From positions 2,665,931 through 2,729,930 of the forward strand of contig OZ253489.1 in assembly GCA_965261965.1 (NCBI GenBank): a stretch of DNA of 64,000 nt, in the 5' to 3' direction. Source of the DNA: Dehalococcoidia bacterium. GTDB taxonomy: Bacteria > Chloroflexota > Dehalococcoidia > Lucifugimonadales > JAGWBF01. Positions 1 through 11,080 of the stretch are shown in pieces. The notes under the pieces are model-generated. The model searched no databases. It was given only the letters and a program-made list of their open reading frames with translations, and had not been told where the DNA came from. A program made the translations under genes and the position numbers. Position 1 is the first letter of the stretch; each line of letters begins with the position of its first letter.

Positions 1-506
1 ATCTGCGTGCTCCCACACCATCGGCGGCGGCAGAGATGGTGGTCCCCGATAGAAGGGCGCTGCGCCAGGATATCGCGGCTTTCGAATATGGTCTGGAGCG
101 GTTCTTTGCCGATCAGCTAAACCGGCGCCGGAATTCGGTAACCTCCTTAACCGGACGGGTGAACCGAGGATCTCCTGATATTGCAAGCTGGCGCCGCAGG
201 GTGGATGACCTGGCGAGGGATGCCTACGCTCCTCTGGCAGAACACCTCACCAGCCTGCGGTTCCAGGTATCCGGGTTTGGCCATCAGCTGAGGGCCCTTA
301 GCCCCAAGGCCATCTTGGAAAGGGGCTATGCTATCGTTGAAACCCAACCGGACCCCCAGATAGTCCGCAGCAAAGATCAGGTGAAGACCGGACAGCAGCT
401 AAAACTGACTGTTGCTGAAGGTTCGATCCCGGCCATCGTGGGCGCTGCAGGCCAGAAGCCGGTCCCAAAGAAGCAGGTGGAGCGCGCCGGGGCACCGCTG
501 ATCTAG
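1..506 (+). CDS. xseA: Exodeoxyribonuclease VII large subunit, C-terminal part (5' end outside window)
   Basis: Frame runs from the window edge through DLRAPTPSAAAE-like and LSPKAILERGYAIV motifs; directly upstream of xseB. Confidence 0.9.
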   Translation, partial: LRAPTPSAAAEMVVPDRRALRQDIAAFEYGLERFFADQLNRRRNSVTSLTGRVNRGSPDIASWRRRVDDLARDAYAPLAEHLTSLRFQVSGFGHQLRALSPKAILERGYAIVETQPDPQIVRSKDQVKTGQQLKLTVAEGSIPAIVGAAGQKPVPKKQVERAGAPLI

Positions 507-512
507 GTAAGC

Positions 513-794
513 TTGGGACTATCGAAGGTTGATTCTTTGACAAACAACAACTCAAACGCCGAATCGGAGCTTTCCTTCGAAGGCGCTTTCCGGCATCTGG
601 AGCAGACGGTACAAGCACTGGAAGGTGGAGATCTGACCTTGGAGCGGGCTACGACCTTGTATGAGGAGGGTATGAAATTGGTGCAAGCATGCAACCAACT
701 CCTCAGCTCCGCAGAACTGCGGGTGACCCAGCTTAAAGATTCTTATTCCGCCACGCCAGACCCGCTGCCCAAGGATGATGAAGACGGGTTTTAG
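513..794 (+). CDS. xseB: Exodeoxyribonuclease VII small subunit
   Basis: SFEGAFRHLEQTVQALEGGDLTLERATTLYEEGMKLVQACNQLL matches the XseB pattern. Start codon uncertain. Confidence 0.9.
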   Translation: MGLSKVDSLTNNNSNAESELSFEGAFRHLEQTVQALEGGDLTLERATTLYEEGMKLVQACNQLLSSAELRVTQLKDSYSATPDPLPKDDEDGF

Positions 795-801
795 CAGTGC
801 A

Positions 802-1452
802 ATGTTGAAGGCGGACCTGCACATGCACACCTACCGGTCTTACGATTCCGGCGCCCAGCCCAAGTCTATCGTTGCGCAGTGTATCAAGACCGGCTTGGAT
901 TGCATCGCAGTAACAGACCACAACTCCATCTCCGGGGCCTTGGAGGTGCGTGAGCTGGCGCCCTTTCAGGTGATAATCGGCGAAGAGATAAAAAGCTCAG
1001 GGGGCGACATCATAGGCCTTTTCCTTCAAGAAGAGATACCCAAGGGCTTGTCTCCCAAGGAGACGGTCCAAGCCATCCTCTCCCAAGGCGGCTTGGTCAT
1101 GATTCCCCATCCCTTTGATCGGCTTCGATCTTCGGTAATCACCCACGATGCACTGACCGAGGTCGTGGATCAGGTGGATACTATCGAAAGCTTCAATGCC
1201 CACAACCTATTCCACCAAGACAACCTGAAGGCAGAATCATTCGCCCAGAAGCACCAGTTAATCCAGGTTGCGGTCAGTGATTCTCATACCCATCGTGAGC
1301 TGGGCTCCACCTATATGGAGCTGCCTTTCTTCGATGGCACCCCTTCCGGTCTGAAAGCAGCCCTTAGCCAAGGGAGGCCGGTTGGAAAGAAAGCAAATCC
1401 CGTGCTTCGTTTAGCTCCGATGTGTGCCAAGCTGAAAAGGCGTTTTTCTTAG
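802..1452 (+). CDS. PHP-domain phosphoesterase
   Basis: DLHMHT, AVTDHN, GEEI, IPHPF and SDSH metal-binding motifs; ATG at 802. Confidence 0.85.
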   Translation: MLKADLHMHTYRSYDSGAQPKSIVAQCIKTGLDCIAVTDHNSISGALEVRELAPFQVIIGEEIKSSGGDIIGLFLQEEIPKGLSPKETVQAILSQGGLVMIPHPFDRLRSSVITHDALTEVVDQVDTIESFNAHNLFHQDNLKAESFAQKHQLIQVAVSDSHTHRELGSTYMELPFFDGTPSGLKAALSQGRPVGKKANPVLRLAPMCAKLKRRFS

Positions 1453-1454
1453 AT

Positions 1455-2252
1455 ATGTTGGAGGTCGGCTGGTTTTCTACGGGGCGGGGCGGAGGGTCGC
1501 TGGGTTTATTGAAACACATCCATGAAAGTATGCGGTCCGGCGATATCAATGGTCGCATCCAGTTTGTGTTCAGCAATCGGGAACCGGGAGAAGCAGAAGG
1601 AAGCGACCGTTTTTTCGAGCAGGTCCGCGAATATGGCCTGCCCCTGGTGACCATCTCCTCCAGGAAATTTCAGCGTGCGATGGGTGGCAAGCCCGCAGAC
1701 AACCGCGCAGAATATGATAGACAGGTCATCGCCAGTCTCGAACAATTTCAGCCCGATGTGTGTGTTCTGGCAGGGTATATGCGTATCGTGAGTAAAGAGA
1801 TGTGCCAACGGTACACCATGCTCAATCTTCATCCCGCCCTGCCCGACGGCCCCACCGGGACCTGGCAGGAGGTCATCTGGAGCTTGATGGAATCCAAGGC
1901 GGTCATGACAGGATCAATGGTCCACTTGGTTACCGAAGATGTGGACCGCGGCCCGGTGATGGCTTACAGCGCCATGCCCATCGTGGGCGATGCTTATGAC
2001 GGTCTGTGGGCGGATGCGGAAGGGAAGTCCGTCTCGGACCTGCAAGCATCCGGTGGTGAAGAGCATCCCCTCTTCAAGATGGTCCGGCAGGAAGGGTACC
2101 GCAGGGAACCTTGGATGTTGGGCGCTGCCCTCGAAGCTTTCTCGGAAGGCAGGATCAGGGTGTCTGACGGCCAAGTCTATGACGAAAACGGCTCACCGTC
2201 GGCTGGCTTGTGCCTTGATGAAGAGGTGGACCGGGCACTATCCCGGAGCTAG
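1455..2252 (+). CDS. purN: Phosphoribosylglycinamide formyltransferase (long PurN-like form)
   Basis: [25 protein letters not shown] and [12 protein letters not shown] formyltransferase motifs. Confidence 0.8.
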   Translation: MLEVGWFSTGRGGGSLGLLKHIHESMRSGDINGRIQFVFSNREPGEAEGSDRFFEQVREYGLPLVTISSRKFQRAMGGKPADNRAEYDRQVIASLEQFQPDVCVLAGYMRIVSKEMCQRYTMLNLHPALPDGPTGTWQEVIWSLMESKAVMTGSMVHLVTEDVDRGPVMAYSAMPIVGDAYDGLWADAEGKSVSDLQASGGEEHPLFKMVRQEGYRREPWMLGAALEAFSEGRIRVSDGQVYDENGSPSAGLCLDEEVDRALSRS

Positions 2253-3562
2253 GCGAGTTTCGCCATATCCAAGGGAAGCTCGACAGTATCTCCTGCTGCA
2301 TTCAGCAAATCCGGTTGCCCATTGCCGGTGATAGCTTCCCCATCTACGATACACCGCGTCACATCTTGTAGGGATGGAAGCTCGTACATAACATCCAGCA
2401 AGGATTCTTCGATGATGCTTCTCAGTCCCCTGGCCCCTGTTTTGTAACCTATAGCTTTGCTGGATGCAGCTTCCAGAGCTTTGGGGGTGAAGACCAGTTC
2501 CACACCATCCATGGTGAAAAGCTGTTGGTACTGCTTGGCAATGGCATTCTTGGGTTCCGTAAGCACCCGGATGAGCGCCCCCTCATCCAGCTCATCCAAA
2601 GATGTGGACACCGGGAGACGGCCTACCAGTTCTGGAATGAACCCGTACTCCAGCAAATCTTCAGGGCCCAAATTCAACATCATGCCGGGGATCTGGCTTC
2701 CATCTTTATCGCCCGACTGGTTCTCCCAAAGAGAGTTGGACTTGAACCCCAACTTGGAGCTGCCCGCGGATAAACGTCGCTCTATGATCCCCTCAAGGCC
2801 ATCGAAAGCTCCCCCGCAGATGAACAATATATCGTGAGTCTTGATCTGGAGAAACTCTTGGTACGGATGTTTTCTGCCGCCTTGGGGGGGCACATTAGCT
2901 ATGCAACCTTCGACGATCTTCAGCAGTTCTTGCTGAACGCCCTCCCCTGAAACATCTCGTGTAATGGACCTGTTGGCCCCCTCTTTGCGGGCGATCTTGT
3001 CGATCTCATCAATGTAGATTATCCCCTGCTCAGCTTTGCCCATATCCCAATCAGCTGCTTGGATCAGACGCAAGAGGATGTTCTCCACATCTTCACCGAC
3101 ATAACCCGATTCCGTGAGTGAGGTGGCATCAGCGATGGCAAAGGGAACGTCCAGGATTTTTGCCAAGGTTTGTGCTAGGAGGGTTTTCCCGCAGCCTGTG
3201 GGGCCGATCAATAGGATGTTGGTCTTCTGGATCTCGACATCCGACCGTTCTGTGTCGTTCCAGATGCGCTTGTAGTGGTTGTGGACTGCTACACTGAGGA
3301 CCTTCTTGGCCCTTTCTTGGCCCACAACATAGCTGTCAAGAGCTTGATTGATCTCACGGGGGACAGGGGGTTTCCGGTTTTTCTGCTCGTTCTTGTGGGA
3401 TTCGCTTGCAGCGTTTTGGTCTATCACCTGCTTGCAAGCTCCGATGCATTCGTAGCATATGGACACCCGGCCTGGACCGGACACAAGGCGGTTGGTTTTG
3501 GTCTCCGCCTTTCTACAGAATGAACATTGATAAGCTTTGGAACCGGCTCTGCTGTTGGGCAC
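2249..3562 (-). CDS. clpX: ATP-dependent Clp protease ATP-binding subunit ClpX
   Basis: N-terminal CSFC...CYEC zinc finger, GPTGCGKT Walker [25 protein letters not shown]. Confidence 0.97.
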   Translation of the reverse strand: MPNSRAGSKAYQCSFCRKAETKTNRLVSGPGRVSICYECIGACKQVIDQNAASESHKNEQKNRKPPVPREINQALDSYVVGQERAKKVLSVAVHNHYKRIWNDTERSDVEIQKTNILLIGPTGCGKTLLAQTLAKILDVPFAIADATSLTESGYVGEDVENILLRLIQAADWDMGKAEQGIIYIDEIDKIARKEGANRSITRDVSGEGVQQELLKIVEGCIANVPPQGGRKHPYQEFLQIKTHDILFICGGAFDGLEGIIERRLSAGSSKLGFKSNSLWENQSGDKDGSQIPGMMLNLGPEDLLEYGFIPELVGRLPVSTSLDELDEGALIRVLTEPKNAIAKQYQQLFTMDGVELVFTPKALEAASSKAIGYKTGARGLRSIIEESLLDVMYELPSLQDVTRCIVDGEAITGNGQPDLLNAAGDTVELPLDMAKLA

Positions 3563-3609
3563 TTCCCATCCTCCCCTAATGCTAGTTCCCGTCTATTCAG
3601 AGCAGCTGG

Positions 3610-4293
3610 TTATTTTTGGGGTTCGCTCCCATTCGCATCTTCCGGCTGTTCTGCACCAGTCTGAGGGCCTAGCACTTCATCTACCAAGCCATATTCCAAT
3701 GCCTGGTCTGCTGCCAGATAGTAGTCCCGGTCAGTATCGCGTGCGACCTTTTCATAAGTCTGTCCTGTGCGGGCCGACAGTATCTGACGAATCTTGTCCT
3801 GCATCCGAATTATCTCGCGGGCGGCGATCTCTATATCCGCCGCTTGGCCCTGTGCACCACCCATCGGCTGGTGCATATGAATGGTTGCATTGGGCAGCGC
3901 ATACCGTTTCCCCATGTGGCCGCCACTCAGCAGCACCGTTGCCATGCTGGCTGCCATTCCAACGCAAATGGTGGAAATCTCTGGGCGCACAAGATGCATG
4001 GTATCATATATGGCCAGCCCGGCACTGATGACTCCCCCTGGGCTGTTGATGTACAAGCTGATATCCCGATCAGGGTCTTCTCTTTCCAAGAAGAGGAGCT
4101 GGGCGATGATCACATTTGCTACATGGTCGACGATCGGGGTTCCCAAGAAGATTATCCGCTCCTTCAGCAGCAACGAGAAGATATCAAAAGCTCGCTCACC
4201 CCTGGGGCTGGTCTCGATCACCATGGGTATTATGTCTTGAGGGACGGTCACCTGGCTGTTAAAGGGATTTTCGAGCAATGTGCTCACCTCCAC
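3610..4293 (-). CDS. clpP: ATP-dependent Clp protease proteolytic subunit ClpP
   Basis: IPMVIE, YINSPGG, GMAASMA (catalytic Ser), HQPMGG, DTDRD. Confidence 0.97.
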   Translation of the reverse strand: MEVSTLLENPFNSQVTVPQDIIPMVIETSPRGERAFDIFSLLLKERIIFLGTPIVDHVANVIIAQLLFLEREDPDRDISLYINSPGGVISAGLAIYDTMHLVRPEISTICVGMAASMATVLLSGGHMGKRYALPNATIHMHQPMGGAQGQAADIEIAAREIIRMQDKIRQILSARTGQTYEKVARDTDRDYYLAADQALEYGLVDEVLGPQTGAEQPEDANGSEPQK

Positions 4294-4320
4294 ACTCCGC
4301 TTAATTCCGTTAGGGGTATC

Positions 4321-5703
4321 CTACTCGGAAGTTGAGGAAGGACTTCCTCTCTCCTCATCTTCCGCTGGTTCTTCGTCTATTTCTGGTTGGGCGGCGTCAT
4401 CTTCGGAATCCTCCGGGTCTTCATCCGTTTCTTCCACCATCTGTCCCAATCGCCCCAGTACCTTCCGGGTAAGGAGCGCGCTCCCGAGGGAGGCCTTTGC
4501 TTCGTCCGTGGAGAAGGCTCTCAGCAGAGCATCGGATGAACCGGCAGTGCCGGATACCAGCCGCTCAATTTCCGCGTTTATCTCCTCTGGCATAACTTCC
4601 AGATGTTCATCTTGGGCCAGCTTGCGAATCACCAAGTATCTGCTCAAGCGTTCTCGGGCAGGCGGGCGCAGCTCATCCCGCGTTTCCTCCGGGCTCTTGC
4701 CGGCATTTTGCAGGTAGGTTTCCACGTCTGCGTCACGCCCTTGGAGATTGCGGGCCTGCTCTTCCAGCAGATGGTCTATTTCCCGTTCGACCGTCGCGTC
4801 GGAAACCTCTATGGAAGCGCCGCTGATGAGCTTCTCCAGCGCCGTTTCTTGAAATTCCCGGGTTGCTCTCTGCTCTGATTCAGAGGTCAGATTTTCCAAA
4901 ATCGAGGTTTTCAGGGCTTCCAAAGATTCGTAACCGTCCTCGATGCCCTTGGCAAACTCATCATCGATCTCGGGCAAATCCTTGGCCTTGATCTGCAGGA
5001 TTTTGACATCGAATGAGCAGTCTTCTCCGGCTATGGTGGTGTCTTGGAAGTCATCCGGCACCTTCAGGGTGAACTGCCGTGAATCATCCTTTTTCAAGCC
5101 TTCCAGGTATATCGAAAATCCGGGGAACGGATAGGGGTTGTCTTGGGAAGGAATGAAGTCCACACCCTTGTCATTAGCCACCTGGTTTCCTTTGATGGTC
5201 CCATCCACATCAAGGGTCACCAGATCGCCGAACTGGATGGGTCGATCCATAGGCTCCCATGGGGCTGCATTGTATTGTAGCTGTTCGAGGACGAGGCCCA
5301 CCTGCTCGTCGGTGATCTCCACCGTCCCCCTGGCGACATCCAACTGCCGGATGTCGCCGAGATCGATCACAGGTTCCAAGGGTACGATGGCTGTGAAGGA
5401 GACGGGATCGACCTCTTCGACTTCCACGTCCGGCTGGCCGAAGGCATCCAATGCTTCATCGCTGATCGCTTGGTCCAAAGATTCTTGAACTATGTAGTCC
5501 AAGCTGTCCCGGACCAAGGTTTCACGGCCTAGAAAGGCTTCCACGATGTATCTGGGAGCTTTCCCTGGACGGAAGCCGGGAATTGAAACTCGGCTTTTGT
5601 TTCGTTTGTAGGCCCGTTCTAGGAACGGTTCTAAGTCCTCAGAATCTAAAGCAACATGTAGGGTCACTTGGCGTGTTGCGGATTCGTCTTTGGTTACTTT
5701 CAA
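4321..5703 (-). CDS. tig: Trigger factor
   Basis: IPGFRPGKAP ribosome-binding signature, FKBP-like middle domain, tig-clpP-clpX synteny. Confidence 0.95.
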   Translation of the reverse strand: MKVTKDESATRQVTLHVALDSEDLEPFLERAYKRNKSRVSIPGFRPGKAPRYIVEAFLGRETLVRDSLDYIVQESLDQAISDEALDAFGQPDVEVEEVDPVSFTAIVPLEPVIDLGDIRQLDVARGTVEITDEQVGLVLEQLQYNAAPWEPMDRPIQFGDLVTLDVDGTIKGNQVANDKGVDFIPSQDNPYPFPGFSIYLEGLKKDDSRQFTLKVPDDFQDTTIAGEDCSFDVKILQIKAKDLPEIDDEFAKGIEDGYESLEALKTSILENLTSESEQRATREFQETALEKLISGASIEVSDATVEREIDHLLEEQARNLQGRDADVETYLQNAGKSPEETRDELRPPARERLSRYLVIRKLAQDEHLEVMPEEINAEIERLVSGTAGSSDALLRAFSTDEAKASLGSALLTRKVLGRLGQMVEETDEDPEDSEDDAAQPEIDEEPAEDEERGSPSSTSE

Positions 5704-5738
5704 GTACCTGCGTACCCCCGAGCATTTTAAACCTAGGG

Positions 5739-5766
5739 ATTATAACATACCTGATAGCTTGTGAAA
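5739..5766 (-). promoter_or_regulatory. Sigma70-type extended -10 promoter for tig-clpP-clpX
   Basis: Minus strand reads TGtTATAAT (5747-5739) about 35 bp upstream of tig; weak -35 (TTTCAC). Confidence 0.55.
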
Positions 5767-5791
5767 AGTTTCTCTTTGTTGGGAGTAAAAG

Positions 5792-7591
5792 CTACTCGAC
5801 CACCCTCAGGTGCAACTCCCGGAGCTGCTCTTCTGTGACCGGGGACGGAGCTCCAAAAAGAAGGTCGGCCCCGCTTTGAGTCTTGGGGAAAGCGATCACA
5901 TCCCGGATGGAAGGCGTGCCTGCCAATATGGCTACCAGCCGGTCGATTCCTGGGGCGATGCCGCCATGGGGAGGAGCGCCATACTCCAGAGCTTCCAAGA
6001 GATGACCGAACCGCTCTTCAGTCTGCTCAGGGCTGTAACCCAAAATCGACATGATCTTCTCTTGGGTTCTTCGTTGGTGTACCCGGATGCTCCCGCTGGC
6101 AAGCTCGCTTCCGTTGCACACCAGATCATAAGCTCGGGAAACGATCGATCCAAGATCAGCTTCGGGCAGTTGCCAGAGCAGCTCTTCTTGTTCGGACTTG
6201 GCGGAAGTGAACGGATGGTGGGAAGAATCCCACCGACCATCGGTTTCGTTCCACTCGAACAAGGGGAAGTCCACAACAAAGGCAAAGGCCAGCACATCCG
6301 GGTCAGCCAGCTCCAACCTCCGGCCCATCTCATTCCTGAGAGCACTTAGGGGTGGGTCGATATCTCTTAAGGGTCCGGCAAGAATCAGCAGTAGGTCGCC
6401 GGGTCCGGCGCCCATATGAGCAGCCAGCTCAGCCACCAATTGCGGCTCCATACGGAGACCTTGGCTGAATTGCAGGTCGCCTTCCGCCAGTTCGGACAGT
6501 GGTGCGGCGCCCTTCAGCCGGATATGACTGATCCCTTTAGCTCCCCGTTCCACAGCATACTTCTCCAAGTCTCGAAGTATTGCGTTGCTATAGCTTGCTT
6601 GGCCGGGAACAGCGAAACCCTTGATCACACCGCCTGCTTGGGCAACATTGTGGAAGATGCGGAATTCGGCGCGAAGGGCTATTTCGGTGATGTCCGACAT
6701 TTCCATTCCGAACCGCAGATCCGGTTTGTCGGAAGCATATCGTGCGAGGGCATCTTGGTAGGTGAGGCGCTGGAAGGGTTTGGTTATCTTCTTATCGGGG
6801 CAGATCATCTCCAGCATCGACGTATAAAGCTGCTCGGTCAGCCCGAGTATATCTTCTTCATCGACAAAGCTCATCTCCAGGTCCAGCTGGGTGAATTCAG
6901 GCTGGCGGTCAGCCCTCAGGTCTTCATCGCGGAAACAACGGGCGATCTGAAAGTACTTTTCGATTCCCGCTACCATAAGAAGCTGCTTTAGCTGCTGGGG
7001 CGACTGGGGTAGCGCATAGAAGCTGCCCTTCTGGGTACGGCTGGGGACCAAGTAATCTCGAGCTCCTTCAGGGGTGCTTTTTATCAGAAGGGGGGTTTCT
7101 ATTTCGAGGAACCCCCGCTCATCCAGGAAGTCCCGGATGTACTTCACCAGCTTGTGCCTCAGCACCAGGTTGGCCAGCAGCCGGGGCCTGCGAAGCTCTA
7201 AATATCGGTACTTTAGCCTGAGAGGCTCATCCACTTCTGAATCTTCGTTGATATAGAAGGGCGGGGTCGGCGAAGGGTTAAAAACCGTTGCACCACGGGC
7301 AATAACCTCGACGCCACCGGTGGTCATGTTGGGGTTGCGAGTTTCGGCGGTCCGCTTTGAAACAACGCCTTCTATCTGCAACACCCATTCGGGGCGGGCT
7401 TCGTTACCGACCTGGTACGATTCGTGGGACAACTCCGGGTTGAATATCACCTGGACCAAGCCTGAGCTATCCCTGAGGTCCAAGAAGATGATTCCGCCAT
7501 GATCACGCCTCCGGTGGACCCATCCGGCAAGGGTGACTTCTCTGCCTTCGTCTGCCTCTCGCAGGTCGCCGCATCTTGCGTTTTTGAACAA
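5792..7591 (-). CDS. aspS: Aspartate--tRNA ligase
   Basis: [70 protein letters not shown]. Confidence 0.97.
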   Translation of the reverse strand: MFKNARCGDLREADEGREVTLAGWVHRRRDHGGIIFLDLRDSSGLVQVIFNPELSHESYQVGNEARPEWVLQIEGVVSKRTAETRNPNMTTGGVEVIARGATVFNPSPTPPFYINEDSEVDEPLRLKYRYLELRRPRLLANLVLRHKLVKYIRDFLDERGFLEIETPLLIKSTPEGARDYLVPSRTQKGSFYALPQSPQQLKQLLMVAGIEKYFQIARCFRDEDLRADRQPEFTQLDLEMSFVDEEDILGLTEQLYTSMLEMICPDKKITKPFQRLTYQDALARYASDKPDLRFGMEMSDITEIALRAEFRIFHNVAQAGGVIKGFAVPGQASYSNAILRDLEKYAVERGAKGISHIRLKGAAPLSELAEGDLQFSQGLRMEPQLVAELAAHMGAGPGDLLLILAGPLRDIDPPLSALRNEMGRRLELADPDVLAFAFVVDFPLFEWNETDGRWDSSHHPFTSAKSEQEELLWQLPEADLGSIVSRAYDLVCNGSELASGSIRVHQRRTQEKIMSILGYSPEQTEERFGHLLEALEYGAPPHGGIAPGIDRLVAILAGTPSIRDVIAFPKTQSGADLLFGAPSPVTEEQLRELHLRVVE

Positions 7592-7694
7592 CTATATCCT
7601 CGAATTTCCTTGTTTCAGCGCCAATGCCCCTGATTGCCGATCATACTTCCGCCCTTGGATGCGATGAAGCAAGAAAGAACTATGGGTTTGCGAA

Positions 7695-7817
7695 GGGGTG
7701 ATCCCGCGGCTCTCCAATAGACCACCATGAGGGGCGACCGGTCTGGGAACCTACCGGTTGGAGTGCCTGTCCTGACGCTTGGTGCGGCAACCTATTGCAT
7801 AGCTGATCGGTACCCCC
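7695..7817 (-). ncRNA. Candidate structured RNA upstream of aspS (6S-like sRNA or aspS leader)
   Basis: Minus transcript GGGGUA...UCACCCC closes a rod. CAAUAGGUUGCCG pairs with UGGUGGUCUAUUG, and there is an inner ACCGGU/ACCGGU hairpin. It starts just after a consensus-like promoter. Confidence 0.5.
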
Positions 7818-7819
7818 GA

Positions 7820-7848
7820 AGATTAGCATAACGGCACATTCATTTCAA
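7820..7848 (-). promoter_or_regulatory. Sigma70 promoter driving the structured RNA/aspS
   Basis: Minus strand TTGAAA (7848-7843), 17-bp spacer, TGc-TAATCT (-10 at 7825-7820). Confidence 0.65.
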
Positions 7849-7887
7849 GGCTGCTTCCCTGCGGCCCTGCTGGTGAATTGCTCAGGT

Positions 7888-7916
7888 TTGTTTTGTCCCA
7901 AGCCCGCTGCTATAAT
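7888..7916 (+). promoter_or_regulatory. Sigma70 promoter for the GNAT gene
   Basis: TTGTTT (7888-7893), 17-bp spacer, TGc-TATAAT (7911-7916). Confidence 0.6.
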
Positions 7917-8005
7917 CCAGAAGTGACGGTTGGGAAGGGATGCTGGGCACTTTCTCCACTGCTGTGGTTCTCGCCAATGGCCAACCCATTTATCGGAGGG
8001 ATATC

Positions 8006-8596
8006 GTGATCCCCAACGTAAAGCTCACCAAGGTATCTCAGGACGATGTCCGGCGGGTGGTGCAGTGGCTTCAAGATCCTGAAGTCAGCGGGTCATGGTA
8101 TGGGGCTGATGAACATGGGGAAGCATTGCACATCGGGTATTCCCCCAAGGGCTTGGTCAACGCTTCGCCGGGTGGCTGGGAGCAAGCTTTCGATACTCCG
8201 CTCCGGAAAATATATTCCGTGGTGACCGACGGCGACGATCACATCGGCGAAGCACAGATGGTTATCGAAGAACCCCTCCGGGAAGCTCAACTGCACATCC
8301 TGATTGGACGCAAAGACCTGTGGTATCAAGGATATGGCACTGCAGGTTTGGTCCAGCTTCTGGACCTGGCTTTCTTCACCCATGGCCTGCACCGGGCATG
8401 GGTGGATGTGCCCGAATACAACAAACCCGCCCTGCATATGTGCGAACGCATGGGATTTGTGCTGGAAGGCCACCTGCGCGGGACTCACCCCAAGGATGGC
8501 GAATGGTACGACTCCCTTGCTATGGGCCTGCTATCCAATGAGTATCCCAGGCGGCGGGCCCGTCTTGTGGAAAGCGCCGACCAACCGTCAAGGTAG
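8006..8596 (+). CDS. GNAT (RimJ/RimL-like) N-acetyltransferase
   Basis: IGRKDLWYQGYG acetyl-CoA motif, N..A...ERMGFVLEG.LR; GGAGG RBS before GTG at 8006. Confidence 0.85.
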   Translation: MIPNVKLTKVSQDDVRRVVQWLQDPEVSGSWYGADEHGEALHIGYSPKGLVNASPGGWEQAFDTPLRKIYSVVTDGDDHIGEAQMVIEEPLREAQLHILIGRKDLWYQGYGTAGLVQLLDLAFFTHGLHRAWVDVPEYNKPALHMCERMGFVLEGHLRGTHPKDGEWYDSLAMGLLSNEYPRRRARLVESADQPSR

Positions 8597-8763
8597 CGGA
8601 GGCTGGTTTGCTTGTCATAACCATGAGGCAATGCCCTGGTACTATCGAAGATGAATGTGTTCGACCTACCAGCCCCTCGGGATATCGCATCGCCGGCTTG
8701 CCCCGTTCCGTCCGATCTGAAGTACGTCATATTTAGCAGCACCGGCCAAAGAAGCCTAGCAGG

Positions 8764-9465
8764 TTGATTACCCTCCTTTATCACAGCCCCAGACCCCTCA
8801 TTACCTATCTGCTCATCGGCGCCAATGGACTGGTATTCATCTACCAGCTTCTCCTGTCCGAGGCGGAGACAGCCCAGTTTGTCTACCGCTACGGACTCAT
8901 ACCTTGGGAGCTGACCAGTGGCGAGGATCTGACCCAGTTGTACTTCCGTTCCGGGATAGGGACAGAAACATTGGATGTAACTTCACCTGTTCCGGTTTGG
9001 GGAACGGTGTTTTCGTCCATGTTCGTCCATGGTGGATTTATGCACATCGGCCTGAACATGCTCTTCCTCTGGATCACCGGCGAACGGACGGAAGCTCGAT
9101 TGGGCCACACGAAATTCCTGTTGTTCTATCTGGTTGCCGGAGTTGCCGCGGTGTGGGCTCAAGTAGCGGTGAACCCAAGCTCCGTGAGCCCCTTGGTCGG
9201 AGCCAGCGGCGCCATCTCCGGCATCATGGGGGTTTACTTGGTCGCCTTCCCCCGCGGCCAGTCTACGATCTTTATCGTATTCTGGTTTATTTCGCAGCTC
9301 ATGAATGGGCTGGGGTCACAGACCTTGGCTGCTTCTGGGGTGGGCATAGCGTACATGGCCCATATCGGAGGGTTCACAGCCGGGGTGTTGTTCGCCTTGG
9401 GTTACAGGCTGATAGCTGGTAAAAATTGGGGGATTCGGCGTCGCCAGGACCAACTATATTACTGA
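8764..9465 (+). CDS. Rhomboid-family intramembrane serine protease
   Basis: HGGFMHIGLNMLFLW, GASGAISG (catalytic Ser), AHIGG (catalytic His). Confidence 0.9.
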   Translation: MITLLYHSPRPLITYLLIGANGLVFIYQLLLSEAETAQFVYRYGLIPWELTSGEDLTQLYFRSGIGTETLDVTSPVPVWGTVFSSMFVHGGFMHIGLNMLFLWITGERTEARLGHTKFLLFYLVAGVAAVWAQVAVNPSSVSPLVGASGAISGIMGVYLVAFPRGQSTIFIVFWFISQLMNGLGSQTLAASGVGIAYMAHIGGFTAGVLFALGYRLIAGKNWGIRRRQDQLYY

Positions 9466-9471
9466 GAAATC

Positions 9472-10269
9472 CTACTCTGGGTTCACCCTGCCGAGGAAGA
9501 CCTGCGTCAGTATATTGGTGTCGCGTATCGATTCAGGGGTGCCCTCATGTGCGATACGGCCCTTGTCCAGGACGTAGGCCCGGTCCACGATGCCCAGAAC
9601 GCCCTTGATGTTGTGCTCGACGATGAAGATACTGGTCTTGAAACTCTGGTTGATCTCAGAAACCTTCTGAAACACCTCTTTGACCACTATGGGCGCAAGG
9701 CCCAGCGTGGGTTCATCAAGCAGCAACACCTCAGGGACTGCCATGAGCCCGCGCCCCAGCGCCAACATCTGTTGCTGGCCCCCGGACATCTGACTGGCCA
9801 GATCGCGGCGCTTCTGGTGCAAAATGGGGAAGAGCGCCATGACCGAATCCAAGCGCCGCTCTTTTTCGGCCTTGTCGTTCAAGTAAAGACAACCCATATC
9901 CAGGTTCTCTTGGATGGTGAGATGGGTGAATACGCGCCTTCCTTGAGGCACAAAAGAGATGCCCTCCTTCACTATCTCGTGAGTTGCTGCAGCCAGGCGG
10001 TTTTGACGCCAGTAGACATTCCCGGCGACCACCGGCGCAAGCCCCATGATAGCTTTGAGAACAGTGGATTTCCCCGCCCCGTTGGGGCCCATCACCGCTA
10101 CCACCTCACCCTTTTGGACTCCCATCGATATTTCATCCAAAGCTAGCACAGCCCCGTAACGAACGGATATGCCCGCCAGCTCCAGGAGCATCGTCCTGTT
10201 GATGGAAGGCCCCTTCCCGCCGGGGATGCTGGATATCCCTTCTTTGACCGTACCTTCTGGAGTGTCCAT
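9472..10269 (-). CDS. livF: Branched-chain amino acid-type ABC transporter ATPase (LivF-like)
   Basis: GPNGAGKST, VPQGRRVF, MSGGQQQMLALGRGLM, LLLDEPTLGLAP, VEHN. Confidence 0.88.
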   Translation of the reverse strand: MDTPEGTVKEGISSIPGGKGPSINRTMLLELAGISVRYGAVLALDEISMGVQKGEVVAVMGPNGAGKSTVLKAIMGLAPVVAGNVYWRQNRLAAATHEIVKEGISFVPQGRRVFTHLTIQENLDMGCLYLNDKAEKERRLDSVMALFPILHQKRRDLASQMSGGQQQMLALGRGLMAVPEVLLLDEPTLGLAPIVVKEVFQKVSEINQSFKTSIFIVEHNIKGVLGIVDRAYVLDKGRIAHEGTPESIRDTNILTQVFLGRVNPE

Positions 10270-10318
10270 GTGTGCACCACCGCTGCGCTGAGTGAAAATA
10301 TCCCGCTTTAACGCGGGA

Positions 10319-11080
10319 TCAGGCGCCCAGATAAGCTTCTATAACCTCTGTGCTGTTCAGCAGCTCATCCACATCTCCTTGGGCGAGGAGGGTTCCGCTG
10401 TCCAGCACGATCAGGTGGTCCGGGAGTTGGCGGACAATATCCATGTTATGGGATATCAGGATGATGGTCCGGCCTTGGTCCCGGATATCGTTCATGATGT
10501 CTTTAGCCCTCTCCAGCATCTGGGGAAAGAGGCCCGCGAAAGGTTCGTCAAACATGTATATGCTCACATCCAATGCTATGGCCCGCCCGATCTCCAACAG
10601 CTTCCGCTGACCGTAGGACATATCCATAGCCAAGGAGTCCCGCTTTTCCCACAACCCAACCTTCTCCAGGATGTCCTTGGCCTTTTCTTTATAGGCGGGT
10701 TTGGCCCGTTCAAGCAGTGCAGGAAACAGGCGCCGGTCGGTCAACACGACCATGATGTTGTCCCACACGCTGATCTGGTCGAAGAGCCGCACCTCCTGAA
10801 AGCTGCGGGTGAGTCCGTGGCTGGGGGTCTCATGGGAATTTACGACCTTGAGGCCCTTACCGTCGATGATCACCAACCCTCCGTCGAGGGGCAGCGTTCC
10901 GCTCAGCAAGTTGACCAAGGTCGATTTTCCCGAGCCGTTGGGCCCTACTATGCTGGTCATACCATCACGCTTGATGGCTACGGAAAGCCGGTCCACCGCC
11001 TTGACCGCACCAAAGCGCTTGGAGACCTCCTGAGTCTCCAGGGCAATGGGGCTGCGTGAACCTGTGTCGGCTGCACTCAT
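10319..11080 (-). CDS. livG: Branched-chain amino acid-type ABC transporter ATPase (LivG-like)
   Basis: GPNGSGKST, RSFQEVRLF, MSYGQRKLLEIGRA, DEPFAG. Confidence 0.88.
   Translation of the reverse strand: MSAADTGSRSPIALETQEVSKRFGAVKAVDRLSVAIKRDGMTSIVGPNGSGKSTLVNLLSGTLPLDGGLVIIDGKGLKVVNSHETPSHGLTRSFQEVRLFDQISVWDNIMVVLTDRRLFPALLERAKPAYKEKAKDILEKVGLWEKRDSLAMDMSYGQRKLLEIGRAIALDVSIYMFDEPFAGLFPQMLERAKDIMNDIRDQGRTIILISHNMDIVRQLPDHLIVLDSGTLLAQGDVDELLNSTEVIEAYLGA

Noticed and set aside
7592-7820. T-box riboswitch before aspS
   Set aside because: No AAGGGTGGNACCGCG-type antiterminator or U-tailed terminator is visible.
7849-7877. SRP-domain-IV-like string CAGGGCCGCAGGGAAGCAGC on the minus strand
   Set aside because: The loop is not GNRA, the closing pair mismatches, there is no long flanking helix, and it sits between two divergent promoters.
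8764-9465. Rhomboid as a dedicated sortase for the TM-anchored giant protein
   Set aside because: It is 35 kb away in core context, and the adhesin has no clear GlyGly-CTERM motif.
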